64,000 nucleotides of DNA from Caulobacterales bacterium. GTDB taxonomy: Bacteria; Pseudomonadota; Alphaproteobacteria; Caulobacterales; Aquidulcibacteraceae. The translations under genes and the position numbers were made by a program. Positions 57,860-64,000 of the stretch are shown in pieces; positions within the stretch are counted from its first letter, which is position 1, and each line of letters starts with the position of its first letter. The notes beneath the pieces are model-generated. The model did not search any database, was not told the origin of the DNA, and saw nothing but the letters and a program-made list of their open reading frames with translations. Location: assembly GCA_035549875.1 (NCBI GenBank), contig DASZPV010000145.1, positions 270 through 64,269 of the forward strand, read 5' to 3'.

Positions 57860-58479
57860 GCTGGCTGCGCGGAATCATGCTGGCGATGATCACCGCCGGG
57901 CTGCTCGCGTTCGCGCTCGGTTTTTGGGGATTTGCGCGCAGCGTGCAGCGGGCCGGCCCGCCCGATCCGTTTCCCGAAGCTGACGCGATCGTCGCGCTGA
58001 CCGGCGGCTCCACCGATCGCCTGACAACGGCGATGGATCTGCTCGCCGCCGGCCACGGCCGACGGCTGTTGATTTCCGGCGTCAATCCCAAGGTCACGGA
58101 CAAGGAAATGGCCGCGCTGCTGCATGGCGGCGACAAATTATTCAAATGCTGCGTCGATGTCGGCCGGCGCGCTGAGGACACGCTCGGCAACGCCGCGGAA
58201 ACCGCAGCCTGGACCCGGCGCAATGGATTTGAAACGCTGATCGTCGTCACCGACAATTACCACATGCCGCGCTCGCTGGCCGAATTGCGCATCGCCATGC
58301 CGCGGACCAAACTGGTGCCCTACCCCGTGAAGGCGCGGATCGCGCGCGCGCCGGTCTGGCAGAACGATCTTGGCGCGGCGGCGCGTCTGGCCGGCGAATA
58401 CACCAAATATCTCGTTATCCGCGTGCGCGAGGCGCTGCTCGCGCTCGACGATCACAAGAGCCGCGCGCCCACGGCATGA
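57856..58479 (+). CDS. YdcF/ElyC-family (DUF218) membrane-anchored protein
   Basis: ATG 57856 (ATGA overlap with ftsX). TM helix, then IVALTGG...LISGV...IVVTDNYHMPRS. Confidence 0.85.
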   Translation: MSWLRGIMLAMITAGLLAFALGFWGFARSVQRAGPPDPFPEADAIVALTGGSTDRLTTAMDLLAAGHGRRLLISGVNPKVTDKEMAALLHGGDKLFKCCVDVGRRAEDTLGNAAETAAWTRRNGFETLIVVTDNYHMPRSLAELRIAMPRTKLVPYPVKARIARAPVWQNDLGAAARLAGEYTKYLVIRVREALLALDDHKSRAPTA

Positions 58480-59186
58480 ACTTTATCCGGTCGCTGATTT
58501 TTGTTGTCTGGCAGTACGGCTCGATGGCCGCGATTGCGATCGGCTTTGCGCCTTTCGCGCTGTTCTCCGAGCGGGCGGCGATTGCGGCGGCGCGCGTGTG
58601 GGCAAGGGGCGCTGTCTGGGGCCTTGCGGCGATCTGCGGCGTTCGCGTCGAATTCCGCGGCGCCGAGAATATTCCGAAAGGCCGCGCGCTAGTGGCTTCC
58701 AAGCACCTGTCCATGCTCGACACGATCCTTCCGTTCGCGGTTTTTCGCGATCCGGCGATCGTGCTGAAAAAAGAACTGCTCTCGTTTCCAGTATTCGGCT
58801 GGTATTGCCAACGCGCCGGAATGATCGTGGTTGACCGCAGCGCGCACGCCATCGCGCTGCGCGGCATGCTGCGCGATGCACGCGTGCAATCGGCCAAGGG
58901 CCGCGTCGTGTTTATCTTTCCCGAAGGCACGCGCCAGGAGATCGGCGCGCCGCCAACCTACAAGCCGGGCGTGGCCGCGCTCTATCGCGATCTCGGTCTG
59001 CCTTGTACGCCGGTGGCGATGAACACCGGCCTGTTCTGGCCTGAAGGCATCATTCGACGCCCAGGCGTGGCGGTGGTGGAATTCCTGCCAGCCATTCCCC
59101 CTGGGCTTTCGCGTGAAGCGTTCATGACCGAACTGGAACGCGTGATAGAAGGCGCCTCGAACCGGCTGCTGGACGAGGCCCGATGA
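58476..59186 (+). CDS. plsC: 1-acyl-sn-glycerol-3-phosphate acyltransferase
   Basis: HX4D motif (KHLSMLD) and FPEGTR motif. ATGA overlap with the upstream gene. Confidence 0.85.
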   Translation: MNFIRSLIFVVWQYGSMAAIAIGFAPFALFSERAAIAAARVWARGAVWGLAAICGVRVEFRGAENIPKGRALVASKHLSMLDTILPFAVFRDPAIVLKKELLSFPVFGWYCQRAGMIVVDRSAHAIALRGMLRDARVQSAKGRVVFIFPEGTRQEIGAPPTYKPGVAALYRDLGLPCTPVAMNTGLFWPEGIIRRPGVAVVEFLPAIPPGLSREAFMTELERVIEGASNRLLDEAR

Positions 59187-60172
59187 CCGCCGCCAAACGC
59201 AAGCGCCCTTGGGCGGTCTACGCCGTGTGGGGCCTGCTGATCGTCGTGCTGGCGGCGTGGACGATGTGGTGGTTCACGCTAAAGGACATTGCAACGCAGC
59301 GCATCGAGGCCTGGGCGGCGGCGCAAAGAGCAGCCGGCGCGCAGGTTTCGTATTCGAGCGTTGCAGCTTCCGGCTTCCCGCTGCGCCTGACGCTCACCTT
59401 CGAGGCCGCGCGCTTCATCGCACCAGGCGGGGGATGGAGCCTATCGACGCCGCGCGCCGCCTTGCACATCAATCCGAGCGACCTGTCGCTCTTTATCGTA
59501 GAGCCGCGCGACACGGTTTCCTGGACCACGCGGGGCGCGCAGCACACCTTCACGCCGCGCGAAAGCGCGATCAGCGTGCATCTGGCGAACGACCGGCCTG
59601 ACCGCGTGATCCTGGAAGGCAAGAACATCGCCGTCACCCGCAACGGCGCGCCGGACATGACCATCGGTTCGATCGTCGCCGGTATTCGTCCCGATCCGCG
59701 CGCGGCCGGAGACGGGCAACTTTCCCTTGATGCGCAGGCAATCGATTTCATCAAGCTGCCGCAGGGCTTTGAGGCGCTCGGCGGGCAGATGGAGGCGCTG
59801 AATGCGCGCGTTGTGCTCGAAAAAGGCGCCGTGCTCGCCGCGCCGAGCCATGATCGCCTTGCCGCGTGGAAAGAAGCGATGGGCGCCGCGCGCGTTGAAG
59901 GCCTGCATGTCGTCTGGGGACCGGCCAGCCTCACTTCGACCGGGCGCTTCACGATCGACGATCAGCGCCGCATCGAAGGCGATCTGGCGCTGACGCTTGA
60001 AAAGCCCGAGAAGACCTTCGCCGCGCTGACCAAATCGCCGACCGTCTCGGCGCAAACCGCCGCCGTTTACCGCGCGCTCGGCGCGCTCGGCTTGACGCCG
60101 GTGCTGTCATTTCGCGATGGAGAAAAACGGCTGTACGGCCAGCGCATCGGCACGGTCGAACCGATCAGGTAA
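59183..60172 (+). CDS. DUF2125-like membrane-anchored protein
   Basis: N-terminal TM, alphaproteobacterial conserved hypothetical found downstream of plsC. ATGA overlap. Confidence 0.7.
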   Translation: MTAAKRKRPWAVYAVWGLLIVVLAAWTMWWFTLKDIATQRIEAWAAAQRAAGAQVSYSSVAASGFPLRLTLTFEAARFIAPGGGWSLSTPRAALHINPSDLSLFIVEPRDTVSWTTRGAQHTFTPRESAISVHLANDRPDRVILEGKNIAVTRNGAPDMTIGSIVAGIRPDPRAAGDGQLSLDAQAIDFIKLPQGFEALGGQMEALNARVVLEKGAVLAAPSHDRLAAWKEAMGAARVEGLHVVWGPASLTSTGRFTIDDQRRIEGDLALTLEKPEKTFAALTKSPTVSAQTAAVYRALGALGLTPVLSFRDGEKRLYGQRIGTVEPIR

Positions 60173-60182
60173 TTTTGCAGCT

Positions 60183-60401
60183 TTAATCGGCGCGCCGCGC
60201 TTGCGCCAAAGCAAACAGCCGGCAGGCCGAAGCGAGCGAACCTTCCGTGCGCCCGGAATCGATCTCCTCGACCAGCCGCGCCAGCGCCAAGCCGCGCGCG
60301 GCCGCAGCCTGGTCCAGCGCCGTCCAGAACGCCTCCTCCAGCGCCAGGGACGTGCGGTGGCCGGCAAGCACGAGCGAACGCTTTTCAAGCCCGGGCGCCA
60401 T
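60183..60401 (-). CDS. small ribbon-helix-helix domain protein
   Basis: ATG 60401, 72 aa. RSLVLAGHRTSLALEEAFW fits the RHH beta-strand/helix pattern. Confidence 0.65.
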   Translation of the reverse strand: MAPGLEKRSLVLAGHRTSLALEEAFWTALDQAAAARGLALARLVEEIDSGRTEGSLASACRLFALAQARRAD

Positions 60402-60457
60402 GATCGGCGGCTTATAGACCCAATTCCCCGGCGCTGAAAATCGCGCTAACCGCATCC

Positions 60458-61316
60458 ATGCTTTTGCTGACGGCGCTCGGCGCCCTTTCTGAAATTCGCG
60501 CCGCCGCCGCGGCCTTCGATGGGCACGATCCCTCGCCGGCCGACGCGGTCTCCTGGTTCGAGGAAGGCGGCGGCAAGTTCCGTATCGAGGTGTACGTTTC
60601 CAGTGAGCAGGACGCCGAGAGCGCCCGCGCCATCATCGGCCACATCGCGCCGGCGCTGCACGTCAACGCCGCGCCGATCGAGGACGCCGACTGGGTGGCG
60701 ATGTCGCTCGACGGCCTGCCGCCGGTCTATGCGGGACGCTACGTCGTCGCCGGCAGCCACGCGCTGGCGAACATGCCCAAGCAAGAACAGAATCTGGATC
60801 GAGGCCAGCGAAGCCTTCGGCACCGGCCATCACGGCACCACCCGAGGCTGCCTGCTGGCGCTGGAGCATGTGTTGCGCCGCCGCCATGTGCGCCGCTGCC
60901 TGGATATCGGCGCGGGTTCCGCCGTGCTGGCGATTGCTGCGGCGAAGGCTGGCGCGGCGGCGCTGGCGGTGGAGATCGATCCCCGCCCCGCGCAGATCGG
61001 CCGCGAGAACATCAAAAACAACCGCGTCAGCGTGCGCATGCTGACCGCCGATGGTTTCACCGCCGCGCTGAAAGCCGCGCTGAGCGATCTGGTGTTCGCC
61101 AACATCCTGATGCGCCCGCTGATCCGGCTGGCCCCGGCGCTGGCGCGCGCAACCGCGCCAGGCGGCACCCTTGTGCTCTCCGGCCTGCTCGTCTCGCAGG
61201 CCCCGCTGATCCTGACGGCCTACGCCCGCTTCTTCACGCTGGAGCGCCGCTGGCGGCTGGAAGGCTGGACGGCGCTGGCCCTGCGCCGCCGCTCTCCCCT
61301 CGCCCGCTCGCGGTAG
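60458..61316 (+). pseudogene. prmA: ribosomal protein L11 methyltransferase interrupted by a +1 frameshift
   Basis: The N-terminal third is in frame 60458 (...YAGRYVVAGSHALANMPK). The SAM-MTase core is in frame 60519 (NRIWIEASEAFGTGHHGTTRGCL, DIGAGSAVLAI, ANIL). The frames must switch within 60776-60790. Deleting one nt (e.g. c60782) would restore ...ANMPKKNRIWIEA.... Confidence 0.8.
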
Positions 61317-61444
61317 AGGGGCCGGGGGTGAGGGACTTCGTCCAGAACTCCCGTTTTCAAACGGCGCACCACGCTGACGGCTGAGCACGTGGCTTCATTC
61401 TAAGCCCTCACCCCTGCCCCTCTCCCGCAAGCGCGGGAGAGGGG
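61292..61444. repeat. REP/MITE-like composite repeat, same family as 81-198
   Basis: ctctcccctcgcccgctcgcggtagagggg is followed by gggggtgaggg, then a spacer containing cagaactc. The arm ccctcacccctgcccctctcccgcaagcgcgggagagggg is the reverse complement of 83-119 with about 2 differences. Confidence 0.8.
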
Positions 61445-61457
61445 TTATGTTTTGCCC

Positions 61458-63260
61458 ATGTTCCAGACCTACGACGATCAGGGCGGGCCGGCGCTTGGGC
61501 GCGCGCATCTGCCGATCCTGCGCAGCGCGCTCGCGCGGCTGAAACTCGACGGTTTCATCGTCCCGCATGAGGATGAATATCAGAACGAATACGTCCCGCC
61601 GGCTTACGACCGCCTGGCGTGGCTGACCGGCTTTACCGGCTCGGCCGGCGCGGCGGTGGTGTTCGCGGACGAGGCGGCGCTGTTCGTTGACGGGCGCTAT
61701 ACGCTGCAAGCGCGCGATCAGGTCGATGGCGCGCTGTTCGCCTATCGCGACCTCGTTGACGGCGGCGTCGCGGCGTACCTGCGCGAGCATGCGAAACAGA
61801 ACATGCGCATCGGCTACGATCCGAAATTGCTGAGCCCGGACACGCTGGAAAAATACAAGGCCGCAGCCAGCGCCGCCGGCGCCGAACTGATCGCGGTGTC
61901 GCCCAACCCCATCGACGCCGAATGGCAGGGCCGCCCGCCGATCCCGATGACGCCGGTTGTTCCCCATGCCCTCGATTACGCTGGCGAAACCGCGACGGCC
62001 AAACGCAAGCGGCTGGCAGAAACGCTCGGCGCCGATGCGGCGCTGATTACGTCGCCCGCTTCCCTCGCCTGGCTGTTCAACATTCGCGGCGCCGATGTGA
62101 AGGCCACGCCCTTGCCACTGGGCGCGGCGCTTTTGCACGCAAACGGCAATGCCGATCTGTTTCTGGCGCCGCAAAAGACGTCGCCTGAATTGCGTGCGTG
62201 GCTGGGCAATGAAGTGGCGCTGCGCACGCCCGATGAACTGGAAACGGCGTTAACCGGCCTCCAGGGCAAGGCCGTGCGCCTCGATCCGCAGAGCGCGTCT
62301 GCGTATTTCTTCAATTATCTGGAACAAGCCGGCGCGCGCATCGTGCGCGGCGTCGATCCGGTCGTAACGCCGCGCGCCTGCAAGAACGAGGTGGAAATCG
62401 AAGGCGCGCGCCGCGCCCACGCGCGCGACGGCGCGGCGCTGACGGCCTTCCTGCACTGGCTCGCCACATACGCGCAGGACAACGACGTCACCGAGATCGA
62501 GGCTTGCGAAAAGCTGGAATCGTTCCGCGCCGACACCGGCAAGCTGAAAGATCTATCGTTCGATTCCATTTCCGGCGCCGGCGCCAACGGCGCCATCGTT
62601 CACTACCGCGTCACCACGCGCACGAACCGGAAACTGGAAAAGAACTCTCTCTTCCTGATCGATTCCGGCGGCCAATATCTCGATGGCACCACGGATGTCA
62701 CGCGCACCGTCGCGATCGGCGCGCCGAGCGCGGAGATGCGCGATCGCTTCACCCGCGTGCTGAAAGGCCATATCGCGCTCGCGCGCGTGCGCTTTCCCGC
62801 CGGCACGAGCGGCCATCAGCTCGATGCGCTGGCGCGTGCAGCGTTGTGGAGCGCGGGCCTGGATTACGATCACGGCACCGGCCACGGCGTCGGCGCCTAT
62901 CTCGGCGTGCACGAGGGGCCGCACCGGATTTCCAAGGCGCTCAACGCCGTGGCGTTCGAGCCGGGCATGATCGTCTCCAACGAGCCGGGCTATTACAAGA
63001 CCGGCGCCTACGGCATTCGTATCGAGAATTTGCAGGTGGTCACGCCGGCGTCCGACATCGCTGGCGGCGAACGGCCGATGCTTGGATTCGAGACCCTGAC
63101 CCTCGCGCCGATCGATCGCCGCCTGATCGAACCCGCCCTGCTGAACGCCGAAGAGCTGGGCTGGCTGAACGCCTATCATGCCCGCGTGCTCGGCATCGTC
63201 GGGCCGCAATTGCCGGCGGCGGCGCGCCGCTGGCTCGAAACCGCCGCCGCGCCGCTTTAG
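61458..63260 (+). CDS. pepP: Xaa-Pro aminopeptidase (M24B, aminopeptidase P family, about 600-aa three-domain form)
   Basis: Creatinase-like N-domains and C-terminal pita-bread fold with metal ligands (DSGGQY, DVTRT, HGTGHGVG, SNEPGYY, IRIEN). Confidence 0.9.
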   Translation: MFQTYDDQGGPALGRAHLPILRSALARLKLDGFIVPHEDEYQNEYVPPAYDRLAWLTGFTGSAGAAVVFADEAALFVDGRYTLQARDQVDGALFAYRDLVDGGVAAYLREHAKQNMRIGYDPKLLSPDTLEKYKAAASAAGAELIAVSPNPIDAEWQGRPPIPMTPVVPHALDYAGETATAKRKRLAETLGADAALITSPASLAWLFNIRGADVKATPLPLGAALLHANGNADLFLAPQKTSPELRAWLGNEVALRTPDELETALTGLQGKAVRLDPQSASAYFFNYLEQAGARIVRGVDPVVTPRACKNEVEIEGARRAHARDGAALTAFLHWLATYAQDNDVTEIEACEKLESFRADTGKLKDLSFDSISGAGANGAIVHYRVTTRTNRKLEKNSLFLIDSGGQYLDGTTDVTRTVAIGAPSAEMRDRFTRVLKGHIALARVRFPAGTSGHQLDALARAALWSAGLDYDHGTGHGVGAYLGVHEGPHRISKALNAVAFEPGMIVSNEPGYYKTGAYGIRIENLQVVTPASDIAGGERPMLGFETLTLAPIDRRLIEPALLNAEELGWLNAYHARVLGIVGPQLPAAARRWLETAAAPL

Positions 63261-63359
63261 CCCTTCCTCAAGCCAATAGCGGGCACGGGGCCCTGGCGCC
63301 GCCCTTCTGCCATGATCGGGTATCAAGAGGCGCCGGGCCTTCTGGGACAAGGAGTTTGC

Positions 63360-64000
<641 letters not shown>

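Noticed and set aside
60796-61384. Continuation of ORF 60458..61384 as an intact 308-aa protein
   Set aside because: After about residue 110 the frame yields Arg/Pro/Ala-rich nonsense, while the alternative frame carries all methyltransferase motifs. It is interpreted as a frameshifted prmA.

Overview
High-GC (by eye mid-60s %), densely coding chromosomal segment. Gene content and synteny fit an alphaproteobacterium of the Hyphomicrobiales/Rhizobiales type: gcrA, phoR-pstB-phoU-phoB, rpmH-rnpA-yidC-engB-argB, dapD/dapE, fmt-truA, ftsEX-DUF218-plsC-DUF2125, prmA, pepP, ligA. I support about 66 protein-coding genes, including two absent from the ORF track: rpmH and a 3' fragment of ligA. I also call one frameshifted gene (prmA), a candidate SAM-II riboswitch upstream of metZ, one clear intrinsic terminator, and three copies of REP/MITE-like palindromic intergenic repeats. 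I recognised no rRNA, tRNA, CRISPR array, transposase, integrase or prophage gene. Most long ORFs in the track that lie antisense to these genes are GC-driven shadow ORFs. Most of the window is housekeeping. The points worth a second look are:
- a two-sided cluster (24.0-37.6 kb) that reads like a CoA-dependent beta-oxidative aromatic-acid (hydroxycinnamate to 4-hydroxybenzoate to protocatechuate) pathway, interrupted by a ToxR/CadC-like membrane regulator divergent from a TonB-dependent receptor
- a CADD-type di-iron protein (possible non-canonical pABA synthase)
- a stand-alone GGDEF-EAL protein with both active sites degenerate
- an FtsE with several canonical ATPase motif residues substituted
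- a Uma2-nuclease plus cupin pair inserted between dapD and dapE
- a pho locus lacking pstSCA
- a GANTC (CcrM site) cluster upstream of gcrA
All functional calls come from reading motifs in the translated ORFs. No database search was run.
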